Assembly (NCBI GenBank): GCA_020440025.1
Contig: JAGROX010000003.1
Coordinates: 6,069 to 70,068, forward strand
From: Verrucomicrobiia bacterium
GTDB lineage: Bacteria; Verrucomicrobiota; Verrucomicrobiia; Verrucomicrobiales; DEV007
DNA: 64,000 nt
Direction of reading: 5' to 3'
Shown in pieces: positions 37,725 through 45,792 of this stretch. A program made the position numbers and the translations under genes. How positions within the stretch are numbered: position 1 is the first letter of the stretch; each line of letters opens with the position of its first letter. The notes beneath the pieces were generated by a model. It had not been told where the DNA came from, searched no databases, and worked only from the letters and a program-made list of their open reading frames with translations.

Positions 37725-39001
37725 AAGACAACCCGACAGCGACCTGTCTCTGGACGCCTGGCGCCAGTGAATGGGAGTGGTGGCGGAAACGTCCCGGCGA
37801 TCCCGTGGCCGTGCCGTCAGACCGGCCTGCTGCGGGCACCCCTGCGGTGTTTGGCCTGCCGGCGCACCAATGTAGTTCCGTGCCCGTGTGGGTGAACTCT
37901 GCCGACCCTGAGGTGATCGAACAGGTGTTGCAGGTGGAACTGGAGCGTCTCGGCGTTCCTGTCCCGGATGGCGCGGGGTGCCATCTGGCTTGGCGCGTGG
38001 TCGGCTCGGTCGAAGCCCGCCGCCTCGTGCGCGCGATCGCGATTCCGCGGACTTTGGATCCACGGGGAGCCAAGGAAAAGGCCGACTGGGAGACTTTTTT
38101 GCCGTCGCCACTGATGCATCCTCCGCGACCACGAGCGATTGTCCTCTGGCAAGAGCTGGGGCGTTGGGTGGTGGGATTCAGCCGAGAGGGGCAATGGGTC
38201 CACTTTCAGAGCCTCGGACGCCGTGAGCCAGATGCGTCTTTGTTGCAGGACCTGCGATGCTTGTATCTGGAGCTTGATGGCCGCCGCATGGTGGATCTGG
38301 TGGATACTCTGGTACTGTGGAAATCGGCAGGCAATCAGCCGATACCGCCTGAATTCGGTGATCAGGTTGCAGAAGTTTTGAATCTCGATTTTCGGGTGGT
38401 GGAAAAACCGGCTCCCGAGGCGAAGCTCGCAGAGGGATTTTCCTTTGAACCCGGGGAAATCGCCGACGCCAGACTGCGCCGCGATCGCAGTCGCAAAGCG
38501 GTTCGCACCGCCGTGTTGGTGGCCGCGTTTTATGGCATCCTAATCTCAGTGGGAATTGTCGATCTCTTCAGGCGTCAGAGTGCGAATCAGGTGCTACGAG
38601 AGCAGGTCGAAGCGAAGCAGCCGGAAACTCAGGTCATCAGCGAGGCTAGGGCACGCTGGGAGGCGCTGGAGCCAGCGCTCGATGTGAATCGCTATCCAGT
38701 GGAGCTTTTCTATCGGGTGGCAAAGCTGTTCCCTGAGAAAGGGCTGAGAATGACCAAATTCGAACTGACACCCGGTGGGCAGATCGTGGTCCGCGGCGAG
38801 GCGTCAAGTGTTCCCGTGGCCATTCGTTTTAAGGCCGATCTTGAGGCCAGTCCGGATTTGCAGGACTATGCTTGGGAGATTCCGCCCCCTGAAATCAATG
38901 ACGACACAGCGGAGTTCGTCGCTTTTGGCAATTACCGCTATTCGGTGCCGAATGAGGAAGGCATGGCGGTGGCGTCTGAGAAAGACGGATGGATGAAATG
39001 A
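37721..39001 (+). CDS. GspL/PilM-N-like assembly-platform protein (assigned by topology and position)
   Basis: 426 aa with a single TM helix near aa 265-288 (AVRTAVLVAAFYGILISVGIVDLF), separating a ~260-aa cytoplasmic part from a ~135-aa periplasmic part. GTG start overlaps the gspK-like stop by 4 nt. Confidence 0.5.
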   Translation: MKDNPTATCLWTPGASEWEWWRKRPGDPVAVPSDRPAAGTPAVFGLPAHQCSSVPVWVNSADPEVIEQVLQVELERLGVPVPDGAGCHLAWRVVGSVEARRLVRAIAIPRTLDPRGAKEKADWETFLPSPLMHPPRPRAIVLWQELGRWVVGFSREGQWVHFQSLGRREPDASLLQDLRCLYLELDGRRMVDLVDTLVLWKSAGNQPIPPEFGDQVAEVLNLDFRVVEKPAPEAKLAEGFSFEPGEIADARLRRDRSRKAVRTAVLVAAFYGILISVGIVDLFRRQSANQVLREQVEAKQPETQVISEARARWEALEPALDVNRYPVELFYRVAKLFPEKGLRMTKFELTPGGQIVVRGEASSVPVAIRFKADLEASPDLQDYAWEIPPPEINDDTAEFVAFGNYRYSVPNEEGMAVASEKDGWMK

Positions 39002-39002
39002 A

Positions 39003-39527
39003 ATGAAAGCGAGCGAGAAATTACTGCTGACCCTGTTCGCCGTCCTTCTGCTGGGAGGAGGGGCGCTCGTGATGTGGGATCTCTACCGTGACAAGCGCGA
39101 TGCCCTCAGCGACGAGCGTGATCTCTTGACGTTGGAAATGGTGGAGATCGAGGCGCTTCTCGAGGAACGTGACCTCTGGATGGAACGCGCTGATTGGCTG
39201 GAGGAGAATCAGCCTCCTTATGCCTCGCGCGACCAGATTGACAATGCCATTTTTGAAGATGCCCAAGCGGTCAATGCCGACGGAGTCACCACCTCAGCGA
39301 TACAACTTTTGGATGCCGTCGAGACGCCCCACTACGTCGAGGCCAGTGTTTCGTTGACCGCCACCGGCACCGTCGAAGATGTTTTCGGTTGGCTCCATGA
39401 ACTGCAGCGTCCCGAGGAGTTCAGATCCATCCGCCGGCTGGAGGTTGGTTCCGATCCTGAGGATGATGCCCTGATCGTTTGTGATCTCGAACTGTCGCGC
39501 TGGTATGCGAACCGAAAGCCCCAATGA
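39003..39527 (+). CDS. GspM/PilO-like protein (assigned by topology and position)
   Basis: 174 aa with N-terminal TM helix LLLTLFAVLLLGGGALVMW followed by a coiled-coil segment. It starts 2 nt after the upstream stop. Confidence 0.45.
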   Translation: MKASEKLLLTLFAVLLLGGGALVMWDLYRDKRDALSDERDLLTLEMVEIEALLEERDLWMERADWLEENQPPYASRDQIDNAIFEDAQAVNADGVTTSAIQLLDAVETPHYVEASVSLTATGTVEDVFGWLHELQRPEEFRSIRRLEVGSDPEDDALIVCDLELSRWYANRKPQ

Positions 39528-39531
39528 CAAC

Positions 39532-40329
39532 ATGACCGCGAGCGATTTTTTCAAACAGAGTTCTCAAAAGCCGGCATTCCTTTTGGGAGGAGTGGCTTGC
39601 CTGGTTGGTGGTCTGGCAATGTACGGTTTCGGACAAGAGGACGCACCGGTTGAGGTCATGGAGGAACCGACGATTCCCCAAGCCTATCCGGTGGAGCGTT
39701 ACCTGGACGTTTGGTTGAAGTCGCCTTTTCAACTGGAGGCTGTCGGAGAAGTGGCGGCAGTGAAGCAGTCGTTCGCCCGCGACTATGTGCTGACGGGGTT
39801 GATTCAAGATGGTGACGATTCCATTGCCTACATTCAGAATAAGAAGACGGGTGAATTGAAGCGTCTGACCACGGGGGAAACCGTGGATGGACTGGTCCTC
39901 GTCAGCGCCACCAACAGCCCTGATCCACAGGCGGCATCGATCGTCGTCAGCCAAGGTTCGGAGAACGCCACCCTGGGATACGATGAAGCTTCTTTCAGTC
40001 AGGCCGCCGTTCAGCCCGTTGGGTATTCGCCGACAGGGGCTGCCGGCAACGGGATTCCTGGCAATGCCACGCCGCCAGGACAGCGTCCCGTGATTCCCAA
40101 TCAGCCGGGTGCCATGCCGAATCGGACCTTCAATTCCGTTCAGAATCCGGCGAATGCCGCCAACGGAAGTGGTGTCGTTGCTCCCAATGACGCGGCGGTG
40201 AATCCTGCGGCCATGCGTTTGCAGCAACTGAAAGAGCGTCAGCAACAGTCCGCGGGTCCAGATTCGAAAAGTGATCCGGCTTCTCGCTCACGTCGTCGAG
40301 TTCTTTTGCCGAGTGCATCGGGGCAGTGA
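39532..40329 (+). CDS. GspC/PilP-like protein (assigned by topology and position)
   Basis: I chose the ATG at 39532. TM helix AFLLGGVACLVGGLAMYGF. A small beta domain (YVLTGLIQDGDDSIAYIQNKKTGELKRLTTGETVDGLVLVSA) resembles PilP/GspC HR domains. The C-terminus is Pro/Asn/Ala-rich. Confidence 0.4.
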   Translation: MTASDFFKQSSQKPAFLLGGVACLVGGLAMYGFGQEDAPVEVMEEPTIPQAYPVERYLDVWLKSPFQLEAVGEVAAVKQSFARDYVLTGLIQDGDDSIAYIQNKKTGELKRLTTGETVDGLVLVSATNSPDPQAASIVVSQGSENATLGYDEASFSQAAVQPVGYSPTGAAGNGIPGNATPPGQRPVIPNQPGAMPNRTFNSVQNPANAANGSGVVAPNDAAVNPAAMRLQQLKERQQQSAGPDSKSDPASRSRRRVLLPSASGQ

Positions 40330-40368
40330 TTCGCCAATCCGAGCGTGGTTGGTGGAGCCACGACTGAA

Positions 40369-40406
40369 CCAAACAGGGTCTAGTCTGTGACTCAACCCCG
40401 TTGAAT
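40369..40406. repeat. ~40-bp palindromic intergenic element, copy 2 (degenerate left arm)
   Basis: GACTCAACCCCGTTGAAT (40389-40406) matches GAGTCAACCCTGTTGAAT of copy 1 at 16/18 positions. The left arm CCAAACAGGGTCTAGTC matches CTCAACAGGGTTGAGTC at 13/17. It lies 40 nt after the stop of the last T2SS-operon gene. Confidence 0.55.
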
Positions 40407-40466
40407 AGAGGGGCTGGGTTCGATTTGAGGTGACGCCTTTTCGACCGTATCGGTCGGCGGCACCAA

Positions 40467-40500
40467 TGAAAAACCCTCCCCGCTTTCGCGAGGAGGGTTG
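40467..40500 (-). terminator. Rho-independent terminator downstream of the 1700-aa gene
   Basis: Hairpin 40472-40483 / 40488-40499 (AACCCTCC-C-CGC, loop TTTC, GCG-A-GGAGGGTT). On the minus strand it is followed by a T5 run (A at 40469-40473). It lies 64 nt past the stop at 40564. Confidence 0.55.
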
Positions 40501-40563
40501 ATCAGGTGAGGAACTTTCCTCGATGATGATTGAGTCGCGGAAAGTCCCCGGGGAAAGATCCGA

Positions 40564-43500
40564 TCAGGGCGTTTGAGTCATTTCGATGCCGACCGTGCGG
40601 AAGGCACCGCGGACACCAACGACCGGGATTTTGACAAGCCCGGCCCCCACTTGGGTGCCGAAGCTTTCATCCTGGAGGAAGACTCCGTTTACCGTGCTCC
40701 GCCCGTCAGGATGGAACATGGAACCGGCAAACGATCCCTTAACCTTGTTGGCTTTCACCACAGTGCGCAGGGCAGTCACGGGTTCCACCGGAAGCAAGGT
40801 GAACGCATTCCTGAGGCTGAACATGGTGGGGAGATTTGGATTGGCGTCGCCAGTGTAGGCGGCGTCAATCTCCCGGAAGTTCAAGCCGAGGGAATCAGCG
40901 AAGGCCGTCGCGTTTGGCACCGGAATCCAGCGGCTGGTCTGGCCGTCGAGATCCTGAACCGGGAAGCCATTGGGATAGCTCCTCTCACGAGTATCTGCAG
41001 CTTTGAGCCACTTGATTCCCGGGTTGGGATCGCCATCGAGGGCGCCGCCGCGCGAGGCTTGACCGAGGTCACCGATATCGAAGATTCCTCCAACGAAGGA
41101 ATCCTTATTCCGATACGGTGTGCTCCACAGCACTGCCTGATTGCTCTGCGAGAGGCAGAGCGAGACGCTGGCGCGTTGGGCATCTCCGAGGAGTCCCACC
41201 AGGCGCATGATTCCGCGGTTGTTGATGGAACCGCTCAGGGTACCAACACCTGCCGGCACGTTGACACTGTCACCGGCAACATCCGGCATCAGAGCCACCG
41301 AAAGGCGAACCACGCCACCCGGATTGCGCACCGGCTTGGCGATGCGGAAGCCGCGTACAGTGGCGGTAGTGCCATTGAGGTCGCCGGTGATGAGGTCCGA
41401 TGTCGTGGCGAGATCGAGGGTCACCGTGTGATCACCGAGACGGCGATTCGGGAAGACGGCCACGATCTGCTGTGCGGTGGATTGGGCGTTGGCGAAGGTG
41501 CCTCGTGCGCGCCGAGTCGGCTCGCCTTGAACTTCGAGAACTCCGGTCCATGCACCCACCTTATTCACCGTGATCTTGACCGAGCCGCTGGGCAGTGGCG
41601 TTCCTCCTATGCTTTCAAGCAGCCCCTGATAGGTCCCGAGGAATGGGTAATCCTCCACCGAGAAGGCCAGACTCAGAGTGCCCGCCGGTCGTCGACCGTC
41701 GAACTTCCGGATCACGGCTCCTGCATCACTACCGGGTGCCAGTATGGTGCCGGTAATGTGCTTGGTATTGGGATCGTAGGTGAGTCCGCGAGGCAGTCCC
41801 GAGACCAGGATGCGAAGGCTGCTGTCATCGAGGAAACTCAGGTCGATATCGACCGTGTCTCCCACGTTGAAGCGCTTGGCTACGGCAGCCAGTTGGCTTT
41901 CCTCGAAATCGGAGAAGCCGTTGCCGTCACCATCAGTGGCATCCGGAGCGAAGGTCGCTCCGATGGTCTTGGTGGCATCCATCAATACGGACAGCGGATT
42001 GGTGGTGCCGGAGGCATCACCCGTCCAGCCCGTGAAGCTGAAGCCTGCTTCAGGAACAGCGGTCAGTTCGACCGTGTCTCCCGCCGGCACAGGGCCAGAG
42101 GCAGCACCGGTGATGGCACCGTTGGTCGTGGCATCGATGGTCAGGTCGAAGGTCGGCACGTCGAAACTGAAGATCGACACCGTTTCACTGACTTCGTTGG
42201 TCACCACCAGTAGGGCCTGAGCTGTCGGGGAATCCGTCGCAGGAATGAAGGTCAATCCTTCCGGACTGACATCGCCAGCCTGGCTGAGGAAAGCTTCGAA
42301 CACCGGTGTCGCCGGCGTGGAGAGGTCGAAGACCATCACGCCGTTGGAGCGCTCAAGGCCGATGAAAGCCTTGGGCTGACCGTTGATCATACCGATCTCG
42401 ACGCCTTCGGGTTCGGGGCCCTTGTTGTCGCTGCGGCCATCGTCAAAGAAGGGCAGGCCGTAACTTTGGACCGCCTTTTCGATCATGTCGCCGCTGTCGA
42501 ACACCATGGCACCACTCGAATCGAGGATGGAGAACGAACGCCCGCCGAGAGCGAGTATGCGATCAATGTCACCGTCGCCGTCGATGTCACCACGAAGACC
42601 CAGGGAATTCGAGATCGTCAGGCGACCGAGGTTCTTGTCGAGCTTCAAGTCGGCTTCATTGGGGAACACCGTATCATCGAGATCGACAACCCCGTCTTTT
42701 ACCCGAGCCGTTTCTGCGTTCACGAGGAAGTCGTCGCGGTCGTCACCTTCGTTGGCGATCACGTAGAACGTCTGGCCGCCGGATACAAAGGTATCGATGC
42801 TGTCGGGCATGTAGAGACCGAAGACCGAATTGCCGGTGGTCATCTGCCCGATGTTACCGCCCGTGAGGCTGTCCCGGTCGCTGAAGTCGGCGAGAAGTCC
42901 GCTGAAGTCTTTTTCGCCCAACGGAACCACCGAGGTGAATGTACCTGTGGCGATGTTGAGGATCGCGACTGCATTGTTTTCCTGGAGCGTGACCATGGCG
43001 GTCAGACCGTCGGGAGAAACCGCGATGTATTCGGGCTCGAAGTCCTGTGAGGGAGGCATCAATTCACCGACTTCATCGGCAACGGTATCACCGTCGTTGT
43101 CGAGACCGTCACCTTCGCCGCTGAAAATCCGCACACCGGCGGCTTTCAGGGCATCGCGTTGGCTGTCGAAGGCCGTGAAGTCGGCAGTCGTCACCGCCGG
43201 GGCTGCAAAACCGCCGCTCACATCGATGATGCTCACGGTACCAAGTGCGGTGCCGAAACCGGCATTGCCGTCGAGGGCTTCCCCTTCATCTGCCGTCAGG
43301 ACCTTGTTGCCATCGGGCGTGAAGGTGACCATGTCGGGCAGAGAACCCACCGTGGCGGTGCCAAGATGAGCCAGGGTGGCGGCGTTGAGGAACACCACGT
43401 GACCGGGATTGTTCTTATCGACACCATCGGGGACGGCGACGGCCACGAAGCCGTTTTTGGTCGCCACACTGGTCACTGAAGTTCCGGTCAGATTGAACGG

Positions 43501-45666
43501 TGCCTGAGTGAAGTCGATACTCTGAACGGCTACCGGACTTGCGGGATTCGACAGATCAAGGACGGCGATGCCGGTTCCCTGAGTGACGAAGAGACGAGCG
43601 CTACCAGCGTCGAATGCCGAGATTTCAGCACCTCCAACGGTGTTGGTTGTGGACACGTGAGCGACGGTCGACGGAAACGCAGGAGCCGTGTTTGCGACCG
43701 CCGGGTTCGTGTTGTGAATGTTCACTTCGTCAAAAGCCGAGATGCCATCGCCGTCGACGTCGGTGAGATCCTTGCCGAAAGTGGCGCCGATCGTCTTGTT
43801 CGCATCGAAGGTTACTGTCAGCGGATTGACCGACCCGGAAGCATCGCCGGTCCAGCCGGTGAAGACTGAGCCTAGTTGAGTCGAAACTGCCTGGATGGTC
43901 ACGGTGGAACCTTCAGCATAGAGAGCGTTACCATTGAGCAGACCGTTGATCTGACCTCCGGTGGCTGTGCCCTGAGACAGGGTGAAGTAGTTGGTGGCCG
44001 TGCCTCCGATGCTCACGTTTCCACCGGAATCGATGGTGAGTGTCGCCACGTAGGAGCCCACGCCGCTGTTCGGCAGAATGCGCTGAATGTCGACCTTGGC
44101 AGGACCTCCCTGGCCAAAGGTATTCTGAATGCCTCCGGCAAACACCGTGTAGCCCGCGCCTTGGACACCCGCCGCGATGAACGGATTATGGGCAGACCAA
44201 CCGTTGGCAAACTGGGCCGGTTCAGCAGAACTCACGGTAGCTGCCTCGTTGCCGTTTGCGGTGAGGCCTCCCATCATGTTGTACTGACCCTGAATGATCG
44301 TGGCCGCAGTACCGAGTCCGCTGGCATTGATGGTGAATGGCAGAGAGGCACCGTCGGAAACGGTAGACCGGCTGACATAGAGCGTGCGAGTCGGATCTCC
44401 ATTGGTGACTCCACCAGCGCTCGGACCTGTGAGAGGAGCATTGCTGAAGTTTCCAATGACGCCGAAGTAGAGGTCGGTTCGGGTGAACCAATTGGCACCG
44501 TAGGTGGCTTCCAGTTCAGCATTGAGGATCGCAATCGTTCCAGGGCTGGAACTGTCACGAACGTCAGTTGCCGGTCCGAGATTGGCGAAAAGGTTCACGT
44601 TGGAACCGGTGCCGCCCTCTGCCTGGAAACCGAGGACCAGATCACCGGGAGCCGGTGGCCAAGTGCCCGTGAGAGTGATGAAGGTCGCTCCGATGGTCTT
44701 GTTGCCATCGAGAGTCACCGTGAGCGGATTCACGGTGCCTGATGCGTCACCTGTCCAGCCTCCGAAAACAGTGCCAGACTGGCCAGCGACGGCAGTCAAA
44801 GTCACCGTCGATCCGTCGGCGTAGAGGGTGCCACCCTGAAGACCGTTGATCTGTCCACCAGTAGCTGCGCCTGCGGTGAGTGTGAAGTAGCTGGCGGCTG
44901 AACCGCTGGCAATCACGTCGCCGGAATCAGAAATCGTGATGGTCGCCACATAGGTGCCTTCACCGGTCGTGGGAAGAATACGCTGGATGTCGACTTTTGA
45001 GTTGGCACCAGCATTGAAGGTATTCTGAATACCACCGGCGAAAACCGTGTAGGCCGCACCCTGTACCCCTGAAGTGATAAAGGGGTTGTGGGCTGACCAG
45101 CTATTGGCAAACTTCGCGGGCTCCGCGCTGCTCACCGTGGCAACCTGACTGCCATCGGCCGTCAGAGTGGTGAGCATGGAATACTGCCCCTGAAGAATGG
45201 TGGCAGCGGTTCCAAGACCGGAGGAGTTGAAGCTCGAGAAGGCCAGGGAATCTCCGTCAGCTGTCGCAGGACGACTGGCGTAGATCGTTCTCGAAGGGTC
45301 TCCATTGGTGACCGAACCAGCGGACGGTCCCGTCAAGGGAGCGTTGCTGAAATTGGCGATCACACCAAAATAGAGATCCGTCCGGTTTTCCCAGCCGACG
45401 CCGAAAGTCGCCTGCATTTGTGCGGCGATGTTAACCAAGGTTCCAGCGTTCGGAGTGTTCCGAAGGTCAGTGGCGGAGCCAAGGTTATAGAAGAGGTTGG
45501 TATTGGAGCCGGTTCCGCTCTCAGCCTGGACACCGAGGACAAGATCGCCCGGTGCCGGTGGCCACGTATCGGCAAAGGCCGATGGCACGACAGCCATGGC
45601 CAAAGCGATGAGCAGGGCGCCCGTATTTCGTAGGATATTCACGAAGTTTGGTAGTGGGATTGGCAC
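40564..45666 (-). CDS. Giant secreted protein: 2x ~300-aa repeat (unknown domain + InlB-B-like repeat) + choice-of-anchor-I-like domain + He_PIG-like + shared C-terminal tail
   Basis: 1700 aa with signal peptide ...GALLIALAMAVVPSAFA. Repeats cover aa 34-334 and 335-630. There are three WTGDASG..NPLTVT....KTIGATF modules. The central region (aa ~665-1168) has LPDMVTFTPDGNKVLTADEGE, FEPEYIAVSPDGLTAMVTLQENNAVAILN, YVIANEGDDRD, GDIDGDGDIDRI and PEGLTF...LLVVTNEVSETVSIFSF, which I recognise as choice-of-anchor I family (often annotated alkaline-phosphatase-like). Confidence 0.8.
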   Translation of the reverse strand: MPIPLPNFVNILRNTGALLIALAMAVVPSAFADTWPPAPGDLVLGVQAESGTGSNTNLFYNLGSATDLRNTPNAGTLVNIAAQMQATFGVGWENRTDLYFGVIANFSNAPLTGPSAGSVTNGDPSRTIYASRPATADGDSLAFSSFNSSGLGTAATILQGQYSMLTTLTADGSQVATVSSAEPAKFANSWSAHNPFITSGVQGAAYTVFAGGIQNTFNAGANSKVDIQRILPTTGEGTYVATITISDSGDVIASGSAASYFTLTAGAATGGQINGLQGGTLYADGSTVTLTAVAGQSGTVFGGWTGDASGTVNPLTVTLDGNKTIGATFITLTGTWPPAPGDLVLGFQAEGGTGSNVNLFANLGPATDVRDSSSPGTIAILNAELEATYGANWFTRTDLYFGVIGNFSNAPLTGPSAGGVTNGDPTRTLYVSRSTVSDGASLPFTINASGLGTAATIIQGQYNMMGGLTANGNEAATVSSAEPAQFANGWSAHNPFIAAGVQGAGYTVFAGGIQNTFGQGGPAKVDIQRILPNSGVGSYVATLTIDSGGNVSIGGTATNYFTLSQGTATGGQINGLLNGNALYAEGSTVTIQAVSTQLGSVFTGWTGDASGSVNPLTVTFDANKTIGATFGKDLTDVDGDGISAFDEVNIHNTNPAVANTAPAFPSTVAHVSTTNTVGGAEISAFDAGSARLFVTQGTGIAVLDLSNPASPVAVQSIDFTQAPFNLTGTSVTSVATKNGFVAVAVPDGVDKNNPGHVVFLNAATLAHLGTATVGSLPDMVTFTPDGNKVLTADEGEALDGNAGFGTALGTVSIIDVSGGFAAPAVTTADFTAFDSQRDALKAAGVRIFSGEGDGLDNDGDTVADEVGELMPPSQDFEPEYIAVSPDGLTAMVTLQENNAVAILNIATGTFTSVVPLGEKDFSGLLADFSDRDSLTGGNIGQMTTGNSVFGLYMPDSIDTFVSGGQTFYVIANEGDDRDDFLVNAETARVKDGVVDLDDTVFPNEADLKLDKNLGRLTISNSLGLRGDIDGDGDIDRILALGGRSFSILDSSGAMVFDSGDMIEKAVQSYGLPFFDDGRSDNKGPEPEGVEIGMINGQPKAFIGLERSNGVMVFDLSTPATPVFEAFLSQAGDVSPEGLTFIPATDSPTAQALLVVTNEVSETVSIFSFDVPTFDLTIDATTNGAITGAASGPVPAGDTVELTAVPEAGFSFTGWTGDASGTTNPLSVLMDATKTIGATFAPDATDGDGNGFSDFEESQLAAVAKRFNVGDTVDIDLSFLDDSSLRILVSGLPRGLTYDPNTKHITGTILAPGSDAGAVIRKFDGRRPAGTLSLAFSVEDYPFLGTYQGLLESIGGTPLPSGSVKITVNKVGAWTGVLEVQGEPTRRARGTFANAQSTAQQIVAVFPNRRLGDHTVTLDLATTSDLITGDLNGTTATVRGFRIAKPVRNPGGVVRLSVALMPDVAGDSVNVPAGVGTLSGSINNRGIMRLVGLLGDAQRASVSLCLSQSNQAVLWSTPYRNKDSFVGGIFDIGDLGQASRGGALDGDPNPGIKWLKAADTRERSYPNGFPVQDLDGQTSRWIPVPNATAFADSLGLNFREIDAAYTGDANPNLPTMFSLRNAFTLLPVEPVTALRTVVKANKVKGSFAGSMFHPDGRSTVNGVFLQDESFGTQVGAGLVKIPVVGVRGAFRTVGIEMTQTP
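43777..45567 (-). repeat. Two in-frame tandem ~900-bp (about 300-aa) repeats inside CDS 40564..45666
   Basis: aa 34-334 and aa 335-630 both begin TWPPAPGDLVLG.QAE.GTGSN.NLF.NLG.ATD.R. They share long identical runs (LTGPSAG, LGTAATI.QGQY, SAEPA.FAN.WSAHNPFI..GVQGA.YTVFAGGIQNTF, KVDIQRILP). Confidence 0.9.
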
Positions 45667-45792
45667 CCCGCTCAGGCAGCGTCACACTCGAATGGATGAA
45701 TGTGATCTGCCTTGGAGTCGGTCTGTGATGCCGTGTTGTGTAAAAGTGTGAGAAGAGAGGTTCGAATGAGTTTCCCGAGATGGGAGGTGAAC

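Noticed and set aside
40411-40430. GGGCTGGGTTCGATTTGAGG contains a GGTTCGAT string resembling a tRNA T-loop.
   Set aside because: The flanks do not form a T-arm stem, and no acceptor, D or anticodon arms can be drawn around it. It is not a tRNA or an obvious tRNA remnant.
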